A stretch of DNA of 32,000 nt from Buchnera aphidicola str. APS (Acyrthosiphon pisum) (lineage in GTDB: Bacteria > Pseudomonadota > Gammaproteobacteria > Enterobacterales > Enterobacteriaceae): NCBI RefSeq assembly GCF_000009605.1, contig NC_002528.1, forward strand, positions 600,001-632,000, read 5' to 3'. This document shows, in pieces, positions 1 to 10,527 of this stretch; the first letter of the stretch is position 1, and each line of letters opens with the position of its first letter. Made by a program: the position numbers and the translations under genes. The notes beneath the pieces were generated by a model. It worked only from the letters and a program-made list of their open reading frames with translations, made no database searches and was not told the DNA's origin.

Positions 1-107
1 TTTCCAAATTGTAAAACAATACCACGCTCTCCTTCTTTTACAATAAAAAAAGAAGAAGACAATATAAGGAATAAAACACTAGATGCAAAAATAAGAATTT
101 TGTTCAT
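1..107 (-). CDS. hflC: HflC (FtsH protease modulator), first 35 codons only; the gene runs off the left edge
   Basis: The reverse complement of 1-107 reads MNKILIFASSVLFLILSSSFFIVKEGERGIVLQFGK. The block VKEGERGIxLxFGK matches the start of the SPFH domain of E. coli HflC. The ATG (105-107) lies 2 nt after the hflK stop. Confidence 0.85.
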   Translation of the reverse strand, partial: MNKILIFASSVLFLILSSSFFIVKEGERGIVLQFG

Positions 108-109
108 AT

Positions 110-1342
110 TCATTCTCTTCCTATTTTCTTAAGATCGCTTCGAATAGAATTAATACGGCGTTGTTCTGAAATGTTATCAGGAGATAAAAAAGGAAAATAA
201 TTAGTATTTTTTACTTTTTTATTAAAAGGAGAATGATTTTTATTAATTTTTATATGATCTTTAAAATTTTTATTAGGTATTTTTATTTTAGAAAAAAAAT
301 TGTCTAAAGAGAAAAAAAACATTGGGTTATTATTTGTATCAATAAATATTTTTTTATTTTTTCTTAATAATCTCTCCATAGACTCTATATAAAGACGTTT
401 TAATGTTATTTTTTTAGCTATTCTATACTCAGGTAAGATTTTAGAAAAACGAGCTACTTCTCCTTGAGCTTGTAGAATTATACGTGATGAATATGATTTA
501 GCTTCTTCTAAAATTCTTTGTGCTTTGCCATTAGCTTTAGGTTTAACTTCATTTGAGTACGCTTCAGCTTCTCTTACATATTGCTCACGATTTTCACGTG
601 CTGCAATTGCATCATCAAACGCAGCCTTTACTTCTTCAGGTGGTCTTGCTGTTTGAAAATTGACATCTAATATTGTAATTCCCATTTTATATGGTTTAAT
701 TGTGTTTTCAATTTCTTTTTGAGTATCACTTCGTACTAAAGTACGACCTTCTGTTAGTACTCGATCCATAGTTGAATGACCAATTACACCTCTTAATGCA
801 CTATCTGTTGCTTGACGCAAGCTATCATCTGGATAACAAACGGAAAAAAGATAATCAGCAGGATTAGTTATTTTATATTGTACATTCATCTCAACACGTA
901 CTACATTTTCATCAGCAGTTAACATGATACCTGACGTAGCTAATTCACGGACAGTTTCAACATTTACAGGTTTAACTTCATTAAAAAAAACAGGTCTCCA
1001 ATTTAATCCTGGTTGTACTAAATGACTGAATTTACCGAAACTAGTAACAACGCCACGTTCAGCTTCTGTAATAGTATAAAAACCACTAACACCCCAAATA
1101 AAAAAACTTATAAATATTATTATTGAAAAGGGATAGGTTATTTTTTTTGATGAATTTGAAGAATCAGTTTTTTTAGTAATAATATTTTTAAGATTATATA
1201 AAAAGTTTTTTATATCTAATACAGTAGTTTTTTTTTCATGTTTGTTATCTGAACAGTTTTTACTTTTACTGTCCTTATTCCCCCACGGATCAAAATCAGG
1301 TTTATTATTATTTGGTTTATTCCAAACCATCGTGTACCTCAT
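110..1342 (-). CDS. hflK: HflK (FtsH protease modulator, SPFH/band-7 protein)
   Basis: 410-aa ORF with one N-terminal TM segment and a central SPFH domain (VVTSFGKFSHLVQPGLNWRP, AFDDAIAARENREQYVREAEAY) collinear with E. coli HflK. It lies immediately upstream of hflC, as in E. coli. Confidence 0.92.
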   Translation of the reverse strand: MRYTMVWNKPNNNKPDFDPWGNKDSKSKNCSDNKHEKKTTVLDIKNFLYNLKNIITKKTDSSNSSKKITYPFSIIIFISFFIWGVSGFYTITEAERGVVTSFGKFSHLVQPGLNWRPVFFNEVKPVNVETVRELATSGIMLTADENVVRVEMNVQYKITNPADYLFSVCYPDDSLRQATDSALRGVIGHSTMDRVLTEGRTLVRSDTQKEIENTIKPYKMGITILDVNFQTARPPEEVKAAFDDAIAARENREQYVREAEAYSNEVKPKANGKAQRILEEAKSYSSRIILQAQGEVARFSKILPEYRIAKKITLKRLYIESMERLLRKNKKIFIDTNNNPMFFFSLDNFFSKIKIPNKNFKDHIKINKNHSPFNKKVKNTNYFPFLSPDNISEQRRINSIRSDLKKIGRE

Positions 1343-1486
1343 TTATTAGTTTTTTTACTAAAACAAATTTTAAAATAATTTAAAAGTTATATTTTTTTAT
1401 CATTAGATCTGAAAAAAGATATAATTAAAATAAAACATCTTATACTTTTATAAGTAAAAATAAATTTTTTATAAATATGATAATAT

Positions 1487-2436
1487 TTATACAGAAAAAT
1501 CGTTCTTTTCAAGTACATCTAATACTTTTTTTGCTAAAATAGTAGAAGTAGAATGGTATTCTATTTTGTTAATATTTTTCCAGTTTTTTAACCATGTCAA
1601 TTGATGTTTAGCAAGTTTTCTCGTAGCATGTATTATCTTATTGAACATATCTTTATAACTATTTTTATATTCAAGATATTCCCACATTTGACGATATCCT
1701 ATACATCGAATAGATGGTAAATTTTTATGTAAATCTCCTCTTAAAAATAATATTTCGACTTCTTTTTGAAAACCTAACATCAACATTTTTTTTATGCGAA
1801 GTTCAATTTTATTGTTTAACCATTCTTTATTCGGAGGTATAATTGCAAATTGAAAAATATTATATGGTAATTTATAGTTATTCTTTTTTTTTAATTCTGT
1901 TAAACTTTTTCCAGAAAGATAAAAAATTTCTAGAGCTCTTATTAACCTTTGAAAATCATTTTTATGAATTCGACTCGCAGAGATGGGATCTATTAATTTT
2001 AGTTTTTTATACAAATAATTTTTTTCATAGCTTTTTTGTATCAAGTATTCACGAAGTTTAATATTAGATGGTGGTAAAATAGATAATCCATGTAATAACA
2101 CATTATAATAAAACATGGACCCACCAACAAGACAAGGTATTTTTCCTAATTTAATAATTTCATCTATTTCTCTTAAAACATCTTTTTGAAATTCTGCAGC
2201 TGAATAATTTTCAACTGGATCTTTAATGTTTAATAAACGATGGGGATGATTATATAAATCAGAAAAGCTTGGCTTATCTGTTCCAATATCCATTCCGCGA
2301 TAAATTAATGCTGAATCTACACTAATTAATTCTATTGACAAATATTTTCTAAGACAAATAGCAAGTTGACTTTTTCCACATGCTGTTGGTCCCATTAAAA
2401 AAATAACAACAGGTTTTTTTTTTTATAAAAGTTCAT
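1487..2436 (-). CDS. miaA: tRNA dimethylallyltransferase MiaA; the 5' end is out of frame with the body (1-nt shift in a homopolymer)
   Basis: The 302-aa ORF begins exactly at the P-loop (MGPTACGKS) and is collinear with E. coli MiaA (SVDSALIYRGMDIGTDKP, LVGGSMFY, IRCIGYRQMW). A 13-codon ORF, MNFYKKKKPVVIF-stop, starts at ATG 2436, overlaps the mutL stop as ATGA, and supplies the missing beta-1 strand if one T is added to the T6 run. Confidence 0.88.
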
Positions 2437-4187
2437 ATTTTTAAAATACATAATGCTGCATTAATATTTATTTTTTGTAATAATTTTGATGGAGGATTTA
2501 TTAGTAATAAAGGACAATAATATTCTATTTCTAAAAGCACTTCAATTCCACGAATATAAGTCCAATTTTTTAATTCTATAAAAACATTAATATAAAACCA
2601 ATCTACTATGTCTGAAATGAAGACTTGTTTTTTAAGAAATAAAAAAGCAAAAAAATTTGATATGATTATATGAAAATTGCATTTTTTTAAAAAAGCAGGA
2701 ATAGAAGATAAAATAACATATTTTTTTTTAAAAATTAAATGAAATCCAAATTTTGATAATATTTCTTTTTTATTAAATAAAATCAAGTATTCTTGAGATG
2801 TAAGATTAATTTTAATATTGCTTAAAAAATACTCAATTATATTTTCTTTTTGAATATTGTTTTTTAATTTTTGTTTTCTCACTATTCCCTTAGCTACAGG
2901 AAAAGAAAGTAATAAAAAATTATTATCATGATAAATTAAACCATAATATTTGTGTATTATTATAAGCAAACGCCCAATAGAAGATTCGTATTTCTCTAAA
3001 GGAGTGCTTTTTGAAATGAAATTATTATGTTTTATTTTATTTTTTATATTTTTGCAAATCTGTTTTTTTTTTAAAAAAATTGAAGATATCAATGTTAAAA
3101 AAGTAGGATCTGAATCATAAAAATAAAATTCTTTTTCTTTATTTAACTGTGTTTGTTTTTTGCATGAAAAATTAAAATAATATTTTTCTTTAATTTTTTT
3201 TAAATAAGAAAAAACAGCTTCATAAATAAATGTATAAACTACATCAGGATTATGAAATTTAATTTCATTCTTAGTGGGATGAATATTAATATCAATATTA
3301 AAAGATTCAATAGTTAGGTATAAAACAAATGATATATTTTTTTTTTGTTCTATTTTAGAATAAGCAGCACGAACAGCATTAACAAAAATATTATTATAAA
3401 GATATCTATTATTAACATAACAATACTGAATATTTTTTATTTTTTTAAAATTATAAGGATGAGATATCCAGCCAAATAATACCATTCTATATTTTTTTTC
3501 TTTTATTTCTAAAAATTCACTCGTATCAAGTGTGTCAAATATATCTTTTAATCTATTAATTTTATTTTTTCTATTATTTATAGAATTGTATTGTGTAATT
3601 AATTTATTATTATGTTTAAGAGAAAAATTTATATAGAAATGAGATAAAGCTATTTTTTTTACAACTTCACAGATCTTCGAAAATTCTAATTTTTTGTTTT
3701 TTAAAAATTTAAGACGAACTGGTATATTATAAAATAAATTATCTACTATAATAGTCGTTCCTTCTGGATGAGCGATTGGTTGCAAAATGATATTTTTACT
3801 ACAAAATCCTTCTAAATATATCTTTGCAGCAACATCGTTGAATCGAGTACAAGAAATTAAAGTTAATCTTGAAACGGCTCTAATACTAGCTAGAGCCTCT
3901 CCTCGAAAACCAAAAGTGGTCAGTTTATCTAAATCTGATAATGAGTTAATTTTACTAGTAGCATGATGACAAACTGCTAATAATAAATCTTTTTTATCAA
4001 TACCACAACCGTCATCTTTTAATATAATAGATTGAAATCCGCTATTTTCTACTATGATATTAATATTTTTCGATCCAGCATCTATGCTATTTTCTATAAT
4101 TTCTTTAACCACTGAAGCAGGACGTTCGATAATTTCTCCAGCAGAAATTTGACTAGATAAATCAGATGGTAATATACGAATAGGCAT
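2433..4187 (-). CDS. mutL: DNA mismatch repair protein MutL
   Basis: 584-aa ORF. The N-terminal GHKL ATPase motifs match MutL (MPIRILPSDLSSQISAGEIIERPASVVKEIIENSIDAG, DDGCGI, FGFRGEALASI). The C-terminal half is highly diverged and Lys/Asn/Ile-rich. Confidence 0.9.
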   Translation of the reverse strand: MPIRILPSDLSSQISAGEIIERPASVVKEIIENSIDAGSKNINIIVENSGFQSIILKDDGCGIDKKDLLLAVCHHATSKINSLSDLDKLTTFGFRGEALASIRAVSRLTLISCTRFNDVAAKIYLEGFCSKNIILQPIAHPEGTTIIVDNLFYNIPVRLKFLKNKKLEFSKICEVVKKIALSHFYINFSLKHNNKLITQYNSINNRKNKINRLKDIFDTLDTSEFLEIKEKKYRMVLFGWISHPYNFKKIKNIQYCYVNNRYLYNNIFVNAVRAAYSKIEQKKNISFVLYLTIESFNIDINIHPTKNEIKFHNPDVVYTFIYEAVFSYLKKIKEKYYFNFSCKKQTQLNKEKEFYFYDSDPTFLTLISSIFLKKKQICKNIKNKIKHNNFISKSTPLEKYESSIGRLLIIIHKYYGLIYHDNNFLLLSFPVAKGIVRKQKLKNNIQKENIIEYFLSNIKINLTSQEYLILFNKKEILSKFGFHLIFKKKYVILSSIPAFLKKCNFHIIISNFFAFLFLKKQVFISDIVDWFYINVFIELKNWTYIRGIEVLLEIEYYCPLLLINPPSKLLQKININAALCILKI

Positions 4188-4286
4188 TACCTTGTTCTCT
4201 AAATTTATTTAAAATGCTGTTTATAAAAAAAGAATAGCATTCTTTCAAATTTTGTAAAAAATAAGTTTTATAAATAATTTTAAAAT

Positions 4287-5444
4287 TCATCTAATTATTT
4301 TTTTAATTAAATTATATTCTAAAATAATAGAATAGACTTCTTTGCTATTTACAGGTAAATCACAAATTTTAATTATAGTACTTTCTAAACCTTGTTTTTT
4401 TATTGAAGATGAAAGCTCTATTGATTCCAAATCATTTTTATTATGGTAATAAAATGCTGCTGCAATACCTTTTGCTAAATTAGAATAAGGGAGATTGTAC
4501 TCAAAGGCACCCAAAAAAGGTTTAATTAAGCGATCTTCTCTTCTTAATTTTTGTAATGGATTTCTTCCTATACGTTCAAGTTTATCTGATAAAAAAGGGT
4601 TTTCAAAACGCAAAAAAATTTTTTCAATATAATCTAAATGATCATTTTTGTTGAAATTATAACGTTTTATTAACACTGATCCACTTTCTTCCATGGCAGA
4701 TCTTACGATAACACGTATTTTTTTGTCTGATATAGCATCCTGTATAGTTTTATAGTTTTTTATTAAACCAAGATAAGCCGCTATAGCATGTCCTGTATTC
4801 AATGTAAATAATTTTCTCTCTATAAAAGCATCTAAATTATTACTGAATTTCATATCAACTATTTTTGGGACTGCTCCTTTAAATTGATTAATATTTACAA
4901 TCCATTCTTTAAATTCCTCAACAGTTAAAAACAAATCATCTTTATTATTAATTGCAGGTATAATTGTATCAATACTGCAATCTATGAAGCCGATATATTT
5001 ATTTAAATAATCATGATATTTTATAGGTAAATTTTTGAGAACTACTTGTTTTAAAAAAGAACTTGATTTAATCTTGTTTTCACAAGCAATAATATTGAGT
5101 GGTTTTGTAAATTGATTTTTAATTTTGAATATTATTCCTTGCGTAATAATCAAAGCAATTTTTTCTAATGCAGTGGGACCTACGGCAGTTGTAATTAAAT
5201 CAACTGAAGAAATTATTTTTTTTATATTTGAATCGTTTGAATTTATAGCACTGACTCTTTTGATATTGACGGTTTTATTTTGATTAGAACCTATTATTTT
5301 AACAAAATATTCTCTATTATAATTAATAGCATCTACTATATTTTGATTAACATCAGAAAAAATAACACTAAAACCTGATTCTGATAGTGTTTTTCCAATA
5401 AAACCACGACCAATATTGCCAGCTCCAAATTGTAGTGCTTTCAT
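4287..5444 (-). CDS. mtlD: Mannitol-1-phosphate 5-dehydrogenase
   Basis: MKALQFGAGNIGRGFIGK closely matches the E. coli MtlD N-terminus. The ORF-track start at 5456 is a TTG four codons upstream; the conserved ATG is at 5444. Confidence 0.9.
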   Translation of the reverse strand: MKALQFGAGNIGRGFIGKTLSESGFSVIFSDVNQNIVDAINYNREYFVKIIGSNQNKTVNIKRVSAINSNDSNIKKIISSVDLITTAVGPTALEKIALIITQGIIFKIKNQFTKPLNIIACENKIKSSSFLKQVVLKNLPIKYHDYLNKYIGFIDCSIDTIIPAINNKDDLFLTVEEFKEWIVNINQFKGAVPKIVDMKFSNNLDAFIERKLFTLNTGHAIAAYLGLIKNYKTIQDAISDKKIRVIVRSAMEESGSVLIKRYNFNKNDHLDYIEKIFLRFENPFLSDKLERIGRNPLQKLRREDRLIKPFLGAFEYNLPYSNLAKGIAAAFYYHNKNDLESIELSSSIKKQGLESTIIKICDLPVNSKEVYSIILEYNLIKKIIR

Positions 5445-5485
5445 GATTAAGTCCAATTCAAATTTATATTAAAATTAATAATAAA

Positions 5486-7393
5486 TTAAATTTTTTCCAT
5501 CGTTAAAAGTGATAGTGCTTCTTTTATACTAGTAGTATGAGATAATCTTTGAATGGTATCTTTTTTATCTAATGCATTAGTAATATTGCTAACCACCATA
5601 ATATGTTCATTATTTTTAGCTGCAATACCAATTACGAGATATGCGATATCGTCTACATCTTCTCCAAAACGAACACCTTTTGGAAATTGACAAAAAATTA
5701 TTCCAGTTTTTAAAACAGAATCTTTTGCTTCAATAGTTCCATGCGGTAATGCTATTGATTCTCCTAACCAAGTCGAGGCCATTTTTTCTCTTTCTAACAT
5801 TGAATCAATATAATCAAACTTTACATAACCCTGTTTTACTAAATGCTTACCGACAATATTAATTGCTTCTTCTTTATTACTTGCATATTGATTAAGAATA
5901 ATGTTTTCTTCGTTCAACTGAAACAGAGCATCTTTTTTTTGTTGGGTATATTTGTTTACAGAATCAGTGTGATTGTCGTATAAAAAAACCATATTTTCTA
6001 CTAATTTTTTTACTAAATTATCATAAAAATGGTTATTTAGGAAGTTTTTTAAAGATATATGCTGAGAAAATGGTGCATTATCTTTAGCTCGATTTGTTAA
6101 GTTTTGATGTGTAATTATTAAATCTGCGTCTTGAGGTAATGCATTAATAGCCATATTTAAAACAGAAATATGATTTAAATTAGCATTTTTTATTTTTTTA
6201 CGAAGAATACTTGCACCCATTGCACTAGACCCCATCCCTGCATCACAAGCCACGATAATTGTTTTAATTTTACTAAAATTGAAATTATTAAAATCTTCTC
6301 TTGATGTTTTTGAATTAAAAGAATTTTTACCTTGCTTTACAGTATAGTTACTATCTTTTTGAATCGTATTAAAATCGTATTTCAATAATATAGAAGAACT
6401 TATAAAAGAAACTAAAAAAGAACAAGCAACAGAAATAATATTAGAAAAATATAAACCCTTCGGTGTCATGGCTAAAATAGATAAAATCGAACCCGGTGAT
6501 GCTGTAGAAATTAAACCACCGTGCAGTAAAACAAGAATAAAAATACCGCTCATACCTCCTAAAATAAGGGGGATAATTAATTTTGGTTTGATTAAAACAT
6601 AAGGAAAGTAGATCTCATGAATACCTCCGAAAAATTCAATTAATGCCGCCCCTCCAGAAGATTTAGATAATTCGCCTTTTCCAAAAAAAAACCATGCTAT
6701 TAATAAGCCTAATCCTGGACCTGGATTAGATTCAATTAAAAAAAATATAGAATGATTTTTATCTAATGCGTCTTGAATTCCCAAAGGAGAAAAAATTCCA
6801 TGATTAATAACATTATTTAAAAAAAATATTTTAGCCGGCTCTATAATAATAGATGTAAGGGGTAACAAATTATAAGATAAAATAATTTGTATTAATGTTC
6901 CTAAAAAATAAGAGACCCATTCAATAAATGGACCAATTGTAAAAAATGAAATTATTGCCAATAATATGCCTAGTATAGCAAGAGAAAAGTTATTTACTAA
7001 CATTTCAAAACCATTTTTTACTTTATTTTCTATCTTTTTATCAAAATATTTTATGGTCCATCCGCCCAAAGGTCCTGAAATCATAGCTCCTAATAACATT
7101 GGTATGTTAGTACTAGTAATAACACCTATAGTAGTTATACTGCCGATCAAGCCTCCTCTAGAACCCGAAATCAAACTACCTCCAGTATATCCAATTAAAA
7201 TAGGTAAAAGATAAAAAATCATAGGTGATATTAATTGTTCTAAAGTTTTGTTAGGTTGCCATCCTAATGGCATAAATAAAGCATTCATCATTCCCCATGC
7301 AATAAAAATACTTATATTAGGCATTATCATATTACTTAAAAATCGACCAAAATTTTGTATTTTTAATTTAATTAATGTCAACATAATAACCAC
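5486..7393 (-). CDS. mtlA: PTS mannitol-specific EIICBA component
   Basis: 635-aa ORF collinear with E. coli MtlA: EIIC ([30 protein letters not shown]), the EIIB Cys motif ([16 protein letters not shown]), and EIIA ([27 protein letters not shown]). The exact start among the N-terminal Met codons is unresolved. Confidence 0.92.
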   Translation of the reverse strand: MVIMLTLIKLKIQNFGRFLSNMIMPNISIFIAWGMMNALFMPLGWQPNKTLEQLISPMIFYLLPILIGYTGGSLISGSRGGLIGSITTIGVITSTNIPMLLGAMISGPLGGWTIKYFDKKIENKVKNGFEMLVNNFSLAILGILLAIISFFTIGPFIEWVSYFLGTLIQIILSYNLLPLTSIIIEPAKIFFLNNVINHGIFSPLGIQDALDKNHSIFFLIESNPGPGLGLLIAWFFFGKGELSKSSGGAALIEFFGGIHEIYFPYVLIKPKLIIPLILGGMSGIFILVLLHGGLISTASPGSILSILAMTPKGLYFSNIISVACSFLVSFISSSILLKYDFNTIQKDSNYTVKQGKNSFNSKTSREDFNNFNFSKIKTIIVACDAGMGSSAMGASILRKKIKNANLNHISVLNMAINALPQDADLIITHQNLTNRAKDNAPFSQHISLKNFLNNHFYDNLVKKLVENMVFLYDNHTDSVNKYTQQKKDALFQLNEENIILNQYASNKEEAINIVGKHLVKQGYVKFDYIDSMLEREKMASTWLGESIALPHGTIEAKDSVLKTGIIFCQFPKGVRFGEDVDDIAYLVIGIAAKNNEHIMVVSNITNALDKKDTIQRLSHTTSIKEALSLLTMEKI

Positions 7394-7558
7394 TCATATT
7401 CTTTAAAAAAATACAGTTTTTAAAATAATCTTCAAATTAAATATTAATAATTAAATTATTATTTTAATTTTTTAAAAAATAAATATTTTGATTAAAATAT
7501 ACGTATTTTGAAGAAGATTTCAATGTATTTTTTAGTTGTAATGTTTTAAAAAAAATTG

Positions 7559-9208
7559 TTAGATCATAAAAGATTTATAAAAATTAATTAAACCTTCAGT
7601 AGAAGCATCGTAAGATTTATTTTTGACGTTAATATTTAAATAATTATAAATATTTTGAGATAATTCTTTTCCCAATTCAACACCCCATTGATCAAAACTA
7701 AAAATATTTAATATATAACCTTGAACAAAAATTTTATGCTCATATAAAGCAATTAACGCTCCTAAATTATAAGGCGTAATTTTTCGAATTAAAATTGAAT
7801 TAGTAGGTTGGTTGCCTTTACATATTTTAAAAGGTAAAATTCTTTTAATATCATCTTGATTTTTTTTAGATAGAATTAATCGGTGTAAAATAGAATCTCG
7901 AGATTGGCCAAAAGCTAATGCTTGTGTTTGAGCAAAAAAATTAGATATTAATTTCATATGATGATTATTTAAATCGTTGTGTGAAAAAACTGGAGCAATA
8001 AAATCACAAGGAATCAATCTGGTACCCTGATGTATCAATTGATAAAATGCATGTTGACCGTTAGTACCGGGCTCACCCCATATAATAGGACCTGTTTGAT
8101 AATTTATTCTTTGACCATTTCGATTAATTGACTTGCCATTAGATTCCATATTAGACTGTTGAAAGTATGCAGAAAAACGATGCATATATTGATCATATGG
8201 AAATATTGCTTCTGTTTCAGAACCAAAAAAATTAGTATACCAAATACTAATTAAGGCTAATAATATCGGAATATTTTCTTTATAATTTGTATGATAAAAA
8301 TGATTATCCATAGCATGAGCTCCATCTAAAAATTTCTCAAAATTGTCAAATCCAATCGATAACATAATCGACAATCCTGCTGAAGACCATAATGAAAAAC
8401 GTCCACCTACCCAGTCCCAAAACTTAAAAATATTATTAATATTAATACCAAAATTTAAAGCGTTTTTTATATTAGCTGATAAAGCAAAAAAGTGCTTATC
8501 TAAAGCACTTTGATCTTGTGAATAATGTAAAAACCATTTTTTAGCACTGTGTGCATTAGTTATAGTCTCGTCCGTTGTAAATGTTTTAGAAGCGATTAAA
8601 AAAATAGTGTTTTCAGGATTTATTTTTTTTAAAACTTCAGTCAAATGCGTACCATCTATATTTGAAACATAATACATATTTAAATGATTCTTATATGGAC
8701 GTAATGCTTCAGTAACCATATATGGTCCTAAATCAGATCCACCAATTCCAATATTTACAACATTAGAAATAGATTTTCCCGTATAACCTTTCCATTCTCC
8801 ATGAATAACCATTTTTGAAAAATTTTTCATTTTTTCCAACAACGCATTAACTTCTAACATAATATTACAATTATTTAATATGATAGGACGATTAGTTCGA
8901 TTTCGTAGTGCTATATGTAAAACAGAACGATTCTCTGTTTTATTAATTTTAGCTCCAGAAAACATTAATTTTATTCCAGATTTTACATCAGTCTCTTTAG
9001 CTAGATTTAATAAATAAATTAAAGTTTCATCAGTAATTCGATTTTTTGAAAAATCAATTAACATTTCATTTTCAAAAATTATTGAAAATTTTTTAAATCG
9101 ATTCAAATCAGATGCAAATAGATCCCTTAAGTGAATATTTTTTATTTTTCTAAAATGATTTTTTAAATCTTGATAAGATTGAGTGTTATTAAAATTGATG
9201 TTTTTCAT
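7559..9208 (-). CDS. pgi: Glucose-6-phosphate isomerase
   Basis: 549-aa ORF with PGI signatures ([38 protein letters not shown]). Confidence 0.93.
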   Translation of the reverse strand: MKNINFNNTQSYQDLKNHFRKIKNIHLRDLFASDLNRFKKFSIIFENEMLIDFSKNRITDETLIYLLNLAKETDVKSGIKLMFSGAKINKTENRSVLHIALRNRTNRPIILNNCNIMLEVNALLEKMKNFSKMVIHGEWKGYTGKSISNVVNIGIGGSDLGPYMVTEALRPYKNHLNMYYVSNIDGTHLTEVLKKINPENTIFLIASKTFTTDETITNAHSAKKWFLHYSQDQSALDKHFFALSANIKNALNFGININNIFKFWDWVGGRFSLWSSAGLSIMLSIGFDNFEKFLDGAHAMDNHFYHTNYKENIPILLALISIWYTNFFGSETEAIFPYDQYMHRFSAYFQQSNMESNGKSINRNGQRINYQTGPIIWGEPGTNGQHAFYQLIHQGTRLIPCDFIAPVFSHNDLNNHHMKLISNFFAQTQALAFGQSRDSILHRLILSKKNQDDIKRILPFKICKGNQPTNSILIRKITPYNLGALIALYEHKIFVQGYILNIFSFDQWGVELGKELSQNIYNYLNINVKNKSYDASTEGLINFYKSFMI

Positions 9209-9521
9209 TAACGAATTTATCTCTCGTAAAATGTATAAAAAATTTTCTTATAAAGAAATTGTTATATATCTAAAAAATAAAAATATATTTTTAAATATTT
9301 TAAAAATTTAAAATTATTTTATTTTTAATGTGTATATAAAATATTTTAAATTTTTCTAGAATAATATATTCTAATCAAAAAATTTTTATATATAATTAAC
9401 ATATATAATATAGAAATTAAATAAAAAAAATCATTAATTAATAATTAAAAAAATTCTATTTTTATCTTATTAAAATCAAGTTTAATGTTAATAAAAAAAT
9501 ATTTAATAATTATGAAAAAAT

Positions 9522-10076
9522 ATGAAAATCAATAAAAAAAATTTAATCTGGATAGATTTAGAAATGACTGGACTGAATCCTAAAGTACATCGTATTATTG
9601 AAATTGCTACTTTAATAACAGATACTAATTTAAATATAATTGCAGAGGGTCCGGTAATTCCTATATATCAGAAGAAGGAACATATTTTAGTCATGGATGA
9701 ATGGAATAAGAGAATCCATGAAAACAATGGATTGATAAAACGTGTTGAAAAAAGTCTTTATAACGAACAAAAAGCCGAACATGAAACTATTCTTTTTTTA
9801 AAAAAATGGGTACCCATTCAAGTGTCTCCAATGTGTGGAAACAGTATTGCGCAAGATAGAAGGTTTTTATTTCAATATATGCCACATTTAGAAAATTATT
9901 TTCATTATCGGTATATAGATGTTAGTACGATTAAAGAATTAGCTTATCGATGGAACCCATCAATACTAGATAAGTTTAAAAAAAATCATTATCATAAAGC
10001 ATTAGAAGATATCCGTGAATCTGTAGTAGAATTGAATTTTTATAAAAAAAACTTTTTAAAATTTAAGAAAAAATAA
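9522..10076 (+). CDS. orn: Oligoribonuclease
   Basis: 184-aa ORF. It has the DEDDh exonuclease N-terminus [12 protein letters not shown] and C-terminal [14 protein letters not shown], as in E. coli Orn. It is followed by tRNA-Gly, as in E. coli. Confidence 0.9.
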   Translation: MKINKKNLIWIDLEMTGLNPKVHRIIEIATLITDTNLNIIAEGPVIPIYQKKEHILVMDEWNKRIHENNGLIKRVEKSLYNEQKAEHETILFLKKWVPIQVSPMCGNSIAQDRRFLFQYMPHLENYFHYRYIDVSTIKELAYRWNPSILDKFKKNHYHKALEDIRESVVELNFYKKNFLKFKKK

Positions 10077-10094
10077 TTTTTTACAAAAGAAAAC

Positions 10095-10123
10095 TTGAAA
10101 AATTTATTTTATATATATAAAAT
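10095..10123 (+). promoter_or_regulatory. Candidate sigma70 promoter for tRNA-Gly (TTGAAA - 17 nt - TAAAAT)
   Basis: TTGAAA at 10095-10100 and TAAAAT at 10118-10123 with a 17-nt spacer, about 40 nt upstream of the tRNA. Such hexamers arise easily by chance in sequence this AT-rich. Confidence 0.25.
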
Positions 10124-10163
10124 AAATTTATAGTATAAAAAACTATTATATATATTTATTATT

Positions 10164-10239
10164 GCGGGAATAGCTCAGTTGGTAGAGCACAACCTTGCCA
10201 AGGTTGGGGTCGCGAGTTCAAGTCTCGTTTCCCGCTCCA
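10164..10239 (+). tRNA. tRNA-Gly (anticodon GCC), CCA encoded
   Basis: GCGGGAATAGCTCAGTTGGTAGAGCACAACCTTGCCAAGGTTGGGGTCGCGAGTTCAAGTCTCGTTTCCCGCTCCA. It has cloverleaf arms and the anticodon loop TTGCCAA, and is nearly identical to E. coli glyV/X/Y. Confidence 0.97.
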
Positions 10240-10291
10240 ATCATATTATCCAAAAATATTGTTTAAAAATAATTGATATAAAGGAAAATTT

Positions 10292-10426
10292 ATGATTTTT
10301 AATTCCTGCAAATGGATAATATTTTTTATATTTTTAATTTCATTTCACATCAAAGCTAATAGTATTTTCGTTAAAAAAAATAATCCCAAAAAAATACAAA
10401 ATTTTTTTTTAATACCGACTATTTAA
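10292..10426 (+). CDS. amiB: Detached 5' segment of amiB: 44-codon ORF encoding a signal-peptide-like N-terminus
   Basis: AAGGA (10281-10285) lies 6 nt before ATG 10292. My own translation gives MIFNSCKWIIFFIFLISFHIKANSIFVKKNNPKKIQNFFLIPTI-stop. It has a basic-residue, hydrophobic-core, IKA-NS cleavage-like layout. It overlaps the open upstream part of the amidase frame (open from 10384). Confidence 0.6.
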   Translation: MIFNSCKWIIFFIFLISFHIKANSIFVKKNNPKKIQNFFLIPTI

Positions 10427-10527
10427 AAAAAAGTAATAAAATATTATATCAGAAAAAAAAATTTTTTAAAAAAAATAATTTTTATTATAAAAAAGAACTG
10501 TCTGAAAATCAAAAAAATAATAATATA

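Noticed and set aside
1843-2061. Short ORFs in the track that lie inside larger genes. Antisense: 1843-2061, 6966-7214, 12832-13023, 18165-18368, 20574-20858, 22608-22844, 26437-26637, 27625-27825. Same strand but another frame: 21298-21480.
   Set aside because: Each is fully embedded in a well-conserved housekeeping gene (miaA, mtlA, hslU, the orphan frame, pitA, ynfM, dapF, rho, trxA). Their products are low-complexity with no recognisable motif, and none has a Shine-Dalgarno sequence. I treated them as chance ORFs.
9209-9521. An unusually long (313 nt) spacer between divergent pgi and orn. I examined it for a small ORF, an sRNA, repeats or an origin-like element.
   Set aside because: It is almost pure A/T with no stable stem, no ORF with a ribosome-binding site, and no repeated motif beyond low-complexity A/T runs. 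It most likely holds divergent promoters plus deletion debris.
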